Made by a program: the position numbers and the translations under genes. A stretch of 63,201 bases of DNA, the filler included, from Candidatus Babelota bacterium (GTDB taxonomy: Bacteria; JAGOBX01), in the NCBI GenBank assembly GCA_017999075.1. It is 13 parts of 13 records of this genome, joined end to end, with 100 filler letters (N's around TTAATTAATTAA, not from the genome) between each part and the next. Parts side by side here need not be neighbours in the genome. Positions count along the whole stretch, not along the records: positions 12,092 to 24,034 come from JAGOBX010000061.1; positions 24,135 to 36,056 come from JAGOBX010000062.1; 11 more parts are not named here. The stretch is one strand, 5' to 3'. Position 1 is the stretch's first letter. Each line of letters opens with the position of its first letter. Of the stretch, positions 21,611-30,874 are shown piece by piece. The notes under the pieces are model-generated. The model saw only the letters and a program-made list of their open reading frames with translations, made no database searches and was not told the origin of the DNA.

Positions 21611-23124
21611 CAACTAAAATAGCTTTGATAAGCGTAACAGACAAAACAGGAATATTTGAAATATCAAGATTTCTTGTTGAAAAAGGATATTCTTTGATCG
21701 CAACTTCAGGAACATCTAAATATTTAAATGATAATTTGATTAAAAATGTTGAAATATCAGAATTTACAGGTTTTCCGGAAATTTTGGATGGAAGAGTGAA
21801 AACTCTGCATCATAAAGTATTTTCAGGGCTTCTTGCAGACAGAAACAATCCTGAACATATTAATCAGCTTGACAGTCACGGATTAACTCCGATTGATATT
21901 GTAATATGCAATTTTTATAATTTTTCTTCTGCTGCAAAAAATAAATTCAGCGACGAAGAAGCAATAAAACATATTGATATCGGAGGAGTAAGTATAACCA
22001 GAGCAGCAGCCAAAAATTTTAAAAATATAATCGTATTGTCTTCTCCTAATCAATATGAAACTTTTAAAACTAATTTTTTAAACAACAGTTTGACATATGA
22101 ATATAAAAAAGAACTTGCTATAGAAGCCTTTAAAATAACCTCATTATACGACTTCCAGATTTCTAACTATTTTTTTAATGCGGATATTCCTCATAATATT
22201 TTAAATTTTGAATGCGTTTACAATTTGGCGTATGGAGAAAATCCTCATCAATCCGCATTGCTGCTTCCTACTTTATATGATAAATATTCAATATATCAAA
22301 TCAGCGGCGTTCCTGTTTCTTACAATAATATTCTTGATATAAATTCCGCTATAAAACTTGCAGAAGCTTTTGATAAAGAAAATTTTTGCGCAATATTCAA
22401 ACATACAAATCCATGCGGCGCTGCAGTAGGAATAAATCTCTGCGAAGCTTATATTAAAGCATTTAAATGCGATACGGTATCAGCCTATGGCGGAGTTGTC
22501 GTGGTAAATAAATGCGTTGATTTAAACACTGCAAGTGAAATAATAAAAAATTTTACTGAGGTGGTTATTGCTCCGGAATTCGATGAGTCCAGTCAAAAAA
22601 TTTTTGCCGAAAAAAAAAGGCTAAGACTTATAACTTATTCAAAAAAAAATCCGGAAGCATCTTTGGAATTAAAGTCAACTTGCGTAGGCATGCTGATTCA
22701 AGAATCTGATTTTATAATTGATAAAGACATAAGTTTTATTTCTGTAACTTCTCATAAAGTGGAAGAAAATCTGTATGCTGATATTTCTTTAGGAATAAAA
22801 ATATGTAAATCTTTAAAATCAAACGCAATTGTAATTACTAAAAATAATATGCTTATAGGCGCATGCGGAGGTCAGCCGAACAGAATAGAATCAATAGAAA
22901 TTTCTGTTGCCAACGCTCGAAAATTCGGGTTCAATCTTGAAAATTCAGTACTTGTTTCTGACGGTTTTTTTCCATTCACAGACAGTGTAGAATATGTGAA
23001 AAAATTTGGGATTAAAACTATTGTTCAACCCGGAGGTTCAAAAAAAGATAAGGAAGTGATTGAGTATTGTGAAAAATATGAAATAGCCCTTATATTAACA
23101 GGAAGAAGACATTTTTTACATTAA
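21607..23124 (+). CDS. purH: Bifunctional AICAR transformylase/IMP cyclohydrolase
   Basis: ALISVTDKTG, GFPEILDGRVKTLH, IDIGG, YGENPHQ, KHTNPCG, SDGFFPF and GRRHFLH. Confidence 0.97.
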   Translation: MTTKIALISVTDKTGIFEISRFLVEKGYSLIATSGTSKYLNDNLIKNVEISEFTGFPEILDGRVKTLHHKVFSGLLADRNNPEHINQLDSHGLTPIDIVICNFYNFSSAAKNKFSDEEAIKHIDIGGVSITRAAAKNFKNIIVLSSPNQYETFKTNFLNNSLTYEYKKELAIEAFKITSLYDFQISNYFFNADIPHNILNFECVYNLAYGENPHQSALLLPTLYDKYSIYQISGVPVSYNNILDINSAIKLAEAFDKENFCAIFKHTNPCGAAVGINLCEAYIKAFKCDTVSAYGGVVVVNKCVDLNTASEIIKNFTEVVIAPEFDESSQKIFAEKKRLRLITYSKKNPEASLELKSTCVGMLIQESDFIIDKDISFISVTSHKVEENLYADISLGIKICKSLKSNAIVITKNNMLIGACGGQPNRIESIEISVANARKFGFNLENSVLVSDGFFPFTDSVEYVKKFGIKTIVQPGGSKKDKEVIEYCEKYEIALILTGRRHFLH

Positions 23125-23149
23125 TTTATATTTTTACTTTTGTCTTCTT

Positions 23150-23509
23150 TTACAATTTAGAACCTATATTCAGGGTAATTCCGGGAATTGATTTCACATT
23201 AGGATATACTTTCAATGATTTATCCATAAAACTAAAACAAGTCATATCAAACACATTTTTTACTTCCGGTTTCAGATCTGCCAGAAATAATTCTCCAGAA
23301 ATGTTTTTTAGTTTTTTGTATAATGAAAGAATAACACGAACTCCTGAACTTGCCATATAATTAGTATTTGAAAAATCACACGCAATTTTACTGATTCCTG
23401 AATTTATCTGTTTAGTAAGTTCAATTTCGATTTCAGGGGAAGTGGTTCCATCAAAACGTTTTGGAAATACGGCTATTATTGAATTTTCATTTAATTTATT
23501 AATTTCCAT
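23150..23509 (-). CDS. STAS domain anti-sigma factor antagonist
   Basis: DFSNTNYMASSGVRVIL motif. Confidence 0.85.
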   Translation of the reverse strand: MEINKLNENSIIAVFPKRFDGTTSPEIEIELTKQINSGISKIACDFSNTNYMASSGVRVILSLYKKLKNISGELFLADLKPEVKNVFDMTCFSFMDKSLKVYPNVKSIPGITLNIGSKL

Positions 23510-23639
23510 TATTATATATTATCCTCCGGTTATCAAAATCGAATAAATTAATCCGAAAAATTTAATATGCTGAAAATAATATTTTATTCATATATATAAG
23601 TCAAGTCAATATTCTTGTTAAGCAGCACTAAATAATAAA

Positions 23640-23972
23640 TTAGTTCGCACCTTCAAAAGCGCCTAATTTTAATAAAATCAAATTTACATCCGAAATATCA
23701 TCAATAAGTTGTTTGATTTTTTTATGATTTTCAGTCCACTCCCTAAATGATTTCTCATTTTTATTGCCAAGAAAAGTAAGTTTCGATTTGGAATTTTTGC
23801 TTTGAGTCAAATAAAATTGCGGATGTTTTTCGCCAGATTTACATTTAGAACAATTTTTGTTTGTGCAGGTTTGCTTTAAAAGTACAACAGTTCTTCTGCA
23901 AAGATTACCGATGTTTCTTATTTCCTCTAATAAATCCTGCTGTTTTTTTTGTAATTTACTTACATTTTTCAA
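23640..23972 (-). CDS. Small Cys/His-cluster protein (DUF6788-like; usually IS-associated)
   Basis: CTNKNCSKCKSGEKHPQFYLT motif followed by a C-terminal coiled helix. Confidence 0.6.
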   Translation of the reverse strand: MKNVSKLQKKQQDLLEEIRNIGNLCRRTVVLLKQTCTNKNCSKCKSGEKHPQFYLTQSKNSKSKLTFLGNKNEKSFREWTENHKKIKQLIDDISDVNLILLKLGAFEGAN

Positions 23973-24034
23973 TTTTTTTATTTGAGTTGAAATATAAAGA
24001 GATTTATTATCTTTTATAAGTTTATTTAATGAGT

Positions 24035-24134
24035 NNNNNNNNNNNNNNNNNNNNNNNNNNNNNNNNNNNNNNNNNNNNTTAATTAATTAANNNNNNNNNN
24101 NNNNNNNNNNNNNNNNNNNNNNNNNNNNNNNNNN
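24035..24134. other. Artificial contig spacer
   Basis: N44-TTAATTAATTAA-N44. Confidence 0.98.
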
Positions 24135-24135
24135 C

Positions 24136-25656
24136 ATAAAGTCTTCCGATCGTTTCGGAAATTTTTCATATTCTGATTATGACAAATTAACTATTGATTA
24201 TACTGTTGGAAAATCTGTTTGTGTTGAACCGGCCGGCAATTCATATTTTACAGACAGAACACCTATATTCAGATGGGCTAAAGTAGCGGACGCCGATTCT
24301 TATATGCTGCAATTATCAGCTGTTCCAAATTTCTCTTATGCTATATTTTCTCAATACTTTTACGATACAGTTTACACTCTTTCAACACAATTAAGCGACA
24401 GCATATATTACTGGAGAATAATATCGGTTGATACAGCAGGCAATATTAATTATTCGGATTCATCAAAATTTACAGTAGATAATATAGCTCCTGTACTATT
24501 AGTTTCAACCGATTCGAATATCATTCAGTCAGGCCAAAATTATTCCGGATATATTGAAGAAAAAAATATTGATACAGGATTTATTTTTATTAACAGCGAT
24601 ACTTTTTATTTGAGTTTTTTTCAAATAACAGACACTATAGTTATGTTTAATGTAAACATATCTGTTAATCCAGGAATTAATTATGTCCGCTTATCAGTAA
24701 CAGATAAAGTGGGGTTAACAGATACTTCTCAATATATAATTTATCTTGCGTCAAACCTTGTGAGTTATAGTCAAGATACGGTTTATTCTATTTCTGATAC
24801 AGGTTCATTAATAATTCAATTCAATGATGGAATTTTATCTCCTTCATTCGGGGTTTCAATCTCGAATCCATCGTTGAATAATTTTGATACAATTTATGTT
24901 GGAATGAATTTCAAAAACACTGTAGTTATGCCGGTAAGAATGATGATCAGTTCTCTTGCGGATTCAAATCTTATTTATGACACAATTAATGCGGTTCGGG
25001 CATCAGAGACTAAAAATAGCGTAATAGAAATAGTTTTATATGATAATAATTATTCCAGGATAGAAGAAAACGAAGATATCTTCGATACTGCATATATAGA
25101 ATTTGAAATTGATAAAAATAAAATTAATAATCTTGGGACAAAATCATTCGGGATTTTTACTGTTGCCCCCATAAATAACCGCTGGTATGAAATTAATAAT
25201 GAAAATATGCCGGGCGGCAAAGTTATATCTGGAAATTATATTTATACAGATACTTCAGTTGCAGCTTATATAAAACATTTTTCAATATATTCAGTAATTA
25301 ATGCTTCATTAATTTCCGCTGACAATATCGGCGACAATATCGTAATATATCCGAATCCCTATACACCTAATAAACAAGGAAGCGGGAGCATTTCGGCATC
25401 TGCAGCAGGAGGAATACATTTTGGTTTAGACAATAATTCAGATGGTACAATAGATAATGGACTGCCTTTAAATACGGAAATTGTAATTTATACTTTACTC
25501 GGCGAAAAAGTTTCATCAGGAACTGTTTTGTCAAATGGGATTACTATATGGGACGCAAAAGATAAAAACGGAACTTCTTGCGCTTCAGGCTTATATCTTG
25601 CTGTAATAAAACATAATGGGAAAACAATAGTGAAAAAAATTGCCGTAGTAAGATAA
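24136..25656 (+). CDS. Large surface protein with Ig/FN3-like repeats and a T9SS-like (FlgD-Ig type) C-terminal sorting domain; 5' truncated
   Basis: The frame is open from the contig edge (IKSSDRFGNFSYS...TPIFRWAKVADADSY). It contains YYWRIISVDTAGN-type repeats and a C-terminal IYPNPY...IYTLLGEKV...WDAKDKNG...ASGLYLAVI...KKIAVVR. Confidence 0.8.
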   Translation: MKSSDRFGNFSYSDYDKLTIDYTVGKSVCVEPAGNSYFTDRTPIFRWAKVADADSYMLQLSAVPNFSYAIFSQYFYDTVYTLSTQLSDSIYYWRIISVDTAGNINYSDSSKFTVDNIAPVLLVSTDSNIIQSGQNYSGYIEEKNIDTGFIFINSDTFYLSFFQITDTIVMFNVNISVNPGINYVRLSVTDKVGLTDTSQYIIYLASNLVSYSQDTVYSISDTGSLIIQFNDGILSPSFGVSISNPSLNNFDTIYVGMNFKNTVVMPVRMMISSLADSNLIYDTINAVRASETKNSVIEIVLYDNNYSRIEENEDIFDTAYIEFEIDKNKINNLGTKSFGIFTVAPINNRWYEINNENMPGGKVISGNYIYTDTSVAAYIKHFSIYSVINASLISADNIGDNIVIYPNPYTPNKQGSGSISASAAGGIHFGLDNNSDGTIDNGLPLNTEIVIYTLLGEKVSSGTVLSNGITIWDAKDKNGTSCASGLYLAVIKHNGKTIVKKIAVVR

Positions 25657-25715
25657 AAGTTATATGTAAAAAAAATTTTAAAATTGATTTTAGGTTTTGG
25701 AAAGTAAATTTTTGG

Positions 25716-26696
25716 TTGGGGGGATATATTATCAAATTTATAAATCAATTATCTCTTTTCATAATTCTGCTTTTATTTTTTCAGATTGAAGGTTATGCTA
25801 AAAGCAGTTCTACTTCCGGAGCGATCATACTTCGTATGCCTATAGATGCGCGTAATGTATCATTAGGAAATTCCGGAGCAGGAGTAGCCGGATTCGCCAA
25901 TAGTTTAGAAAACAATCCTGCTGTGCTTGCTTATTTAAACAGAATAAATCTTTCTATGTCACATATAAGCATTTTATCTGATTTGCAAATGAACAGTCTG
26001 CTTTATTCAGAACCTTTCGGGAAAAATAAATCTTTCAGTTTTTTTGCTAAAATGTTAAAATCAGATGAGATTGAACGCACAGATTTCATAAGCTGGAATC
26101 AGTACATTAAAACAGGCACATTTAATATTAAAGACGTGGCAGCAGGATTGTCTTTTGCTCATAAAAGCGATAGACCTCTTGATTTATTCGGGAAATCGGT
26201 TACTGCTTCATACGGCATTTCATTAAAATATCTGAAATCTCAGATAGCAGAATATAAAGCTGATGCAGTGGCTGCTGATGCGGGATTATTTTTTCAAAAT
26301 ATTATGTCTCCGGTTTCGTTTGGAATATCAGTGCTGAATTGCGGAAATAACCTGAAATATATTTCAGAAGGCGATAAACTTCCCTTAACTTTGAAAGCAG
26401 GATTTGCTTATTGTAATACAGAATTGTCTCCAATTATGGTGTGCGGGGATATTATTCTTCTCAGAAATGCGCCAATTGAATTCACTATAGGCATAGAATA
26501 TCAGTTATCAAATTATTTTTCAATTAGAACCGGATTTGACAGCAGAAATGATATAGACGTAGGGTATTCCGCAGGATTTGGAGTTTCGATGCCGCTGACT
26601 AACAAAAAAACCTCCTTGCTGAATATTGAATACGCTTATAAGCCATTTGAAGATTTGGGGGATTACCATTATTTTACTTTGACACTGCTGTACTAA
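25716..26696 (+). CDS. PorV/PorQ-family outer-membrane beta-barrel
   Basis: Signal peptide; ILRMPIDARNVSLG, NNPAVLA, GISLKYL, DAGL, LPLTLKAG and C-terminal EYAYKPFEDLGDYHYFTL. The exact start codon is uncertain. Confidence 0.8.
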   Translation: MGGYIIKFINQLSLFIILLLFFQIEGYAKSSSTSGAIILRMPIDARNVSLGNSGAGVAGFANSLENNPAVLAYLNRINLSMSHISILSDLQMNSLLYSEPFGKNKSFSFFAKMLKSDEIERTDFISWNQYIKTGTFNIKDVAAGLSFAHKSDRPLDLFGKSVTASYGISLKYLKSQIAEYKADAVAADAGLFFQNIMSPVSFGISVLNCGNNLKYISEGDKLPLTLKAGFAYCNTELSPIMVCGDIILLRNAPIEFTIGIEYQLSNYFSIRTGFDSRNDIDVGYSAGFGVSMPLTNKKTSLLNIEYAYKPFEDLGDYHYFTLTLLY

Positions 26697-26800
26697 CAAA
26701 AATATGTAAACCGGTAAAATTTTTGAATTGTTCATGTTTATTATTGGTAAATTCTGCCCAACTGTTTTATGATTTTTTTTCAATTAAAGGATTTAAATAT

Positions 26801-28216
26801 ATGTCTATAAAAGATTTGAATTTTCAAAAAAAAATAGTTTTTTCACGCGCCGACAGAGTTGCAGAACAAATAAAACGTGAAATTTCATCAATAATTCTTA
26901 ATAAAATGAAAAATCCTAATATTGGATTTGTAACAGTAACAAAAGTAAAATTGTCTAAAGATTTAAAAATCGCAAAAGTCTATGTAAGTGTTTTCGGTAA
27001 AACAAATGAAAAAACAAAAACAATAGAAACATTAAATGAAGCACAAGATTTTATAAAGTCACAATTGTCAAAAAAAATAATTTTAAAATATATGCCTGCC
27101 GTGAAATTTTTTTTAGATGAAACTCTTGATTACACTGAAAATATATCAAATATGTTAAACAAAATTAAAATAGAGGAGAATGCTAAGTTGAATATGGAAC
27201 TGATTTTAAATGAAGAAGACAATACAAAATTAAAATCTATTAATGAAAAAATAATAAATTCTGAGAAAATATTATTAACCTCTCATTCAAAAACCGATGG
27301 TGATGCTATAGGCTGCGTTTTATCAATGTATAACTATATTTCAGGCTTGAATAAAAAAGTTACTGCTGTTATTGAAGGCGGTTGCCCGCAGTATCTCGGT
27401 TGGCTTCCTGACAGCGGATTGGTTGAGGATAACAAAAATATATTACTTGACAGGCAATTTGATTTGATAATATGCATTGATACAAATTTTGATAAACGCG
27501 TCGGGTATCCGTTTGAATTATTTGAAAAATATATATATGAAAACAAATTAGTAATTATTGATCATCATAAAGATACTGTTAATGATTCTGAGATAAAAAT
27601 TGTTAAATCTAACGCATCGTCAACTGGCGAACTTCTGTATCATTTTTTTAAAATAAATGATATTCCATTAAATGATAAAATAGCAATATATTTATATGTA
27701 GCTATCATTACAGATACGTGGATGTTCAGTCAGGAAAATACTATGTCATCAACTATGGCAGTAGCCTCTGAATTATTAAAGTTTGATACAGTGAAACCAT
27801 ATTTTATAACTTCAAAACTTTTTGAAAATAAATCATTGATGCAGACAAAATTACTTGGAAAACTTATAGAAACAATAGAATTTGATGAGAAAAATAAAAT
27901 ATCGTACGGATATATTACTAAAAAAATGTTTGACGAAACCTCCACTGGAGATAATGATACTGAAGGATTTGTAAATACTTTAAGATCAGTACGGGGTAGT
28001 AGAATCGCTGTTTTATTTAAAGAAATAAAACCAGGATTGATTAAAGCTAATTTAAGGTCAAAAGATACTTTTGACTTGTTGCCAATTGTAAGAAAATTCG
28101 GAGGCGGCGGACACAGCAAAGCTGCAGGGTTTACTACCGATAAACCCCTTGATATAATAATAACTGAATTATTAACTGAATTAAAGTTAAACTTAAATTT
28201 AAATTTAAATAAGTAA
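26801..28216 (+). CDS. rbfA: RbfA fused to a DHH/DHHA1 phosphoesterase (NrnA-like)
   Basis: RADRVAEQIKREIS...VTVTKVKLSKDLKIAKVYVS...KYMPAVKFFLD (RbfA) continues in frame into SHSKTDGDAIG, IIDHH, ASSTGE, IITDT, LRSK and FGGGGHSKAAG (DHH). AAGGA SD before ATG 26801. Confidence 0.9.
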   Translation: MSIKDLNFQKKIVFSRADRVAEQIKREISSIILNKMKNPNIGFVTVTKVKLSKDLKIAKVYVSVFGKTNEKTKTIETLNEAQDFIKSQLSKKIILKYMPAVKFFLDETLDYTENISNMLNKIKIEENAKLNMELILNEEDNTKLKSINEKIINSEKILLTSHSKTDGDAIGCVLSMYNYISGLNKKVTAVIEGGCPQYLGWLPDSGLVEDNKNILLDRQFDLIICIDTNFDKRVGYPFELFEKYIYENKLVIIDHHKDTVNDSEIKIVKSNASSTGELLYHFFKINDIPLNDKIAIYLYVAIITDTWMFSQENTMSSTMAVASELLKFDTVKPYFITSKLFENKSLMQTKLLGKLIETIEFDEKNKISYGYITKKMFDETSTGDNDTEGFVNTLRSVRGSRIAVLFKEIKPGLIKANLRSKDTFDLLPIVRKFGGGGHSKAAGFTTDKPLDIIITELLTELKLNLNLNLNK

Positions 28217-28220
28217 TTTA

Positions 28221-29879
28221 TCAATCGGCAGTCTTAAACACAGTTCCGCATAATTCGCGTAATTTGAATTTCTGGATTTTTCCGCTTGCAGTTTGCGGAT
28301 AACTTTCTACAAAAGCTATATATTTAGGAATTTTAAATCTTGCGATTTTATCACGGCAATAATCTTTAACATCTTCTTCAGTTATATTGATATCATTTTT
28401 ATCTTTTTTTATAATAAAAGCAGCAACTTCTTCCCCATATTTTTTACTTGGAGCTCCTACTACTTGGACATCTTTCACCCCTTCCATTTTATAAATCAAA
28501 TCTTCAATTTCTTTTGGCGAAATATTTTCACCGCCTCGAATTATTATATCCTTGTGCCTGCCTGTAATTTTAAAATATCCGTTACAATCTCTTACAGCAA
28601 GATCCCCTGTTCTCAGCCAGCCGCCTTTAAGAAAAACCTTTTCAGTTTCTTCAGGTTTTTTATAATAACCTTTCATAACATTATAACCTCGACAGCAAAG
28701 TTCTCCCTCCTGATTATCTTCTAATTCCTCTAATGTATCGGGATTTATAATCTTGACTTCTACGCCAGGAAGAGCTTTGCCTACTGTTGTAGCTCTGATT
28801 TCAATACTATCATTGACTGAAGACTGAGTTATTCCGGGAGAAGCTTCTGTTAATCCGTAAACTATAGTAAGTTCATTACAATACATTTTAGTCATAACGT
28901 CTTTCATTACAGATACAGGACAAACTGAACCTGCCATTATTCCTGTCCGCAGACTTTTTAAATCAAACATATCAAACATCGGAAGATTAAGTTCGCTTAT
29001 AAACATTGTTGGAACTCCGTAAACTGCGGTGCATCTTTCTTTATGAATTGTTGCGAGAACCATTAATGGATTGAATGTTTCCAATGGAATAATTGTAGAT
29101 GCATGAGTTACAACAGCCATCACTCCAAGAACGCATCCAAAACAATGGAATAGAGGAACAGGAAGGCACACCCTGTCTTTATAAGTATATTTCATATTCT
29201 CGCCAAGCCAAAAACCATTGTTTAAAATATTAATATGAGTCAGCATAACTCCTTTAGGAAAACCTGTGGTTCCTGACGTATACTGCATGTTAACCACATC
29301 ATCAGGGTTATTTTCGCTTTGTCTTTTTTTATATTCGGAATCAGAAATTGCAGATTCGCCAAGAGCTGTTATTTCATTAAGATTATACATGCCCCTATGT
29401 TTTTCCTGACCAATAAAAATAATTTTTTTTAAACACGGGAACTTTTTTGATTTTAAATATCCGCGCGGGTGGTCTTTCAATTCAGGAATTAATCCGTAAA
29501 TTATTTCGAGAAAATCATTCTGTTTTAATCCTTCTGTCAAAGCAATAGCAGTTGAATCGGATTGGTTCAGCACATATTCAAGTTCTCTTTCCCTGTAACC
29601 TGTATTTATTGTCAGCATTACGGCGCCTATTTTAGCTATAGCAAACATAAAAATAATCCAGTGCGGCACATTTTGAGCCCAAACAGCTATATGATCGCCT
29701 TTTTTTATTCCTAAAGCCATTAATCCTTTTGCAAGTTTATCTGTTTCTTTTTTAAATTGTTCATAAGTTAATCTGAAATTTCTATCTGCAAAAACTATCG
29801 CTTCGTTATCAGGGTAAAGTTCTGCTTGTTTTTCAAGCAGCTGTCCTAATGTTAAATTAATTATTTCAAATTTATCCAT
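28221..29879 (-). CDS. AMP-binding acyl-CoA synthetase
   Basis: QYTSGTTGFPKG, YGLTEASP, WLRTGDL, IIRGGENI and TASGKIQK. Confidence 0.92.
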   Translation of the reverse strand: MDKFEIINLTLGQLLEKQAELYPDNEAIVFADRNFRLTYEQFKKETDKLAKGLMALGIKKGDHIAVWAQNVPHWIIFMFAIAKIGAVMLTINTGYRERELEYVLNQSDSTAIALTEGLKQNDFLEIIYGLIPELKDHPRGYLKSKKFPCLKKIIFIGQEKHRGMYNLNEITALGESAISDSEYKKRQSENNPDDVVNMQYTSGTTGFPKGVMLTHINILNNGFWLGENMKYTYKDRVCLPVPLFHCFGCVLGVMAVVTHASTIIPLETFNPLMVLATIHKERCTAVYGVPTMFISELNLPMFDMFDLKSLRTGIMAGSVCPVSVMKDVMTKMYCNELTIVYGLTEASPGITQSSVNDSIEIRATTVGKALPGVEVKIINPDTLEELEDNQEGELCCRGYNVMKGYYKKPEETEKVFLKGGWLRTGDLAVRDCNGYFKITGRHKDIIIRGGENISPKEIEDLIYKMEGVKDVQVVGAPSKKYGEEVAAFIIKKDKNDINITEEDVKDYCRDKIARFKIPKYIAFVESYPQTASGKIQKFKLRELCGTVFKTAD

Positions 29880-30097
29880 AACTATAAATTCCTTTTTTAT
29901 ATTAAAATTTATTATACTATACTATTAAGCAAAATTTCTTCAACTGATTTTTTGTTTTGATAATCTGAAATTTAATGATTTTTTTTAATTTATATTATAT
30001 TAAATTTTCAGATTAAAATTTTTTAATTTTTATTGGACAGTAGTGATATAGAATTATTTTTTTATTATTTTTTTATTATTTTTTCCAAAGTTCTCTA

Positions 30098-30874
30098 TTA
30101 GAGTGTCTGTTTTCCATTTGATTTAATAATATCTGTTATTCGTTTTTGAAATTCATCTTCAAGATCTATTCCATTCTGAAAAGATATAACAGATATACTG
30201 TAAATAAGGTTTATCAGAGCTTCATTCATTTTATTTTTAGATGAAGTTTTCTTTTTGTCAGTCAGAACATCTAAATTTTTTTTTAAATTTTCATTGATTT
30301 CAGAAGGTTTTATATGAAGTTCGCCTAATCTGTTCAATTTACTTAACATTCTATTAATTCTTAAAAGCGAAGGCATTGCCCTGGGTATATCGTTCAAAAC
30401 AGAGCCGGTGTCTTTATTTTTTTTTTCAGAACGTTTTATTTTTTCCCAGTTGCGAAGTATCTCATCGCTTGAAGTAACCGATAATCCTGCAAAAATATGA
30501 GGATGGCGCCTAACAAGTTTATCACTGATCGAATTAATTATTTCAGGGAATTCAGCTATAGAATTTTGTTCTGCAACATGAATATGCATTAATACTACAA
30601 AAAGCAAATCTCCCAATTCTTCTTTTATAGAATTATTATTATATTCTTCAATGGCTTGAGCAGCTTCATATGATTCTTCTATTAACGAATTTTTAAGTGT
30701 TAAATTTGACTGTTTTAAATCCCACGCGCATCCTGTAATAGGGGTTCTTAATTTTTTTATTATATTCAATAATTTTTTTATTGAAATCAAACGGGACCGA
30801 AGATGAGACTCACCGGTAAGAAGACACTCTCTTTTTTTCGAACTCAGCAACCTGCGCCTAATGTTTTTATTCAT
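30098..30874 (-). CDS. mazG: MazG family NTP pyrophosphohydrolase
   Basis: LRTPITGCAWD, LIEESYE, KEELGDLL, KLVRRHPHIF and NWEKIK; the second MazG domain is degenerate. Confidence 0.85.
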   Translation of the reverse strand: MNKNIRRRLLSSKKRECLLTGESHLRSRLISIKKLLNIIKKLRTPITGCAWDLKQSNLTLKNSLIEESYEAAQAIEEYNNNSIKEELGDLLFVVLMHIHVAEQNSIAEFPEIINSISDKLVRRHPHIFAGLSVTSSDEILRNWEKIKRSEKKNKDTGSVLNDIPRAMPSLLRINRMLSKLNRLGELHIKPSEINENLKKNLDVLTDKKKTSSKNKMNEALINLIYSISVISFQNGIDLEDEFQKRITDIIKSNGKQTL

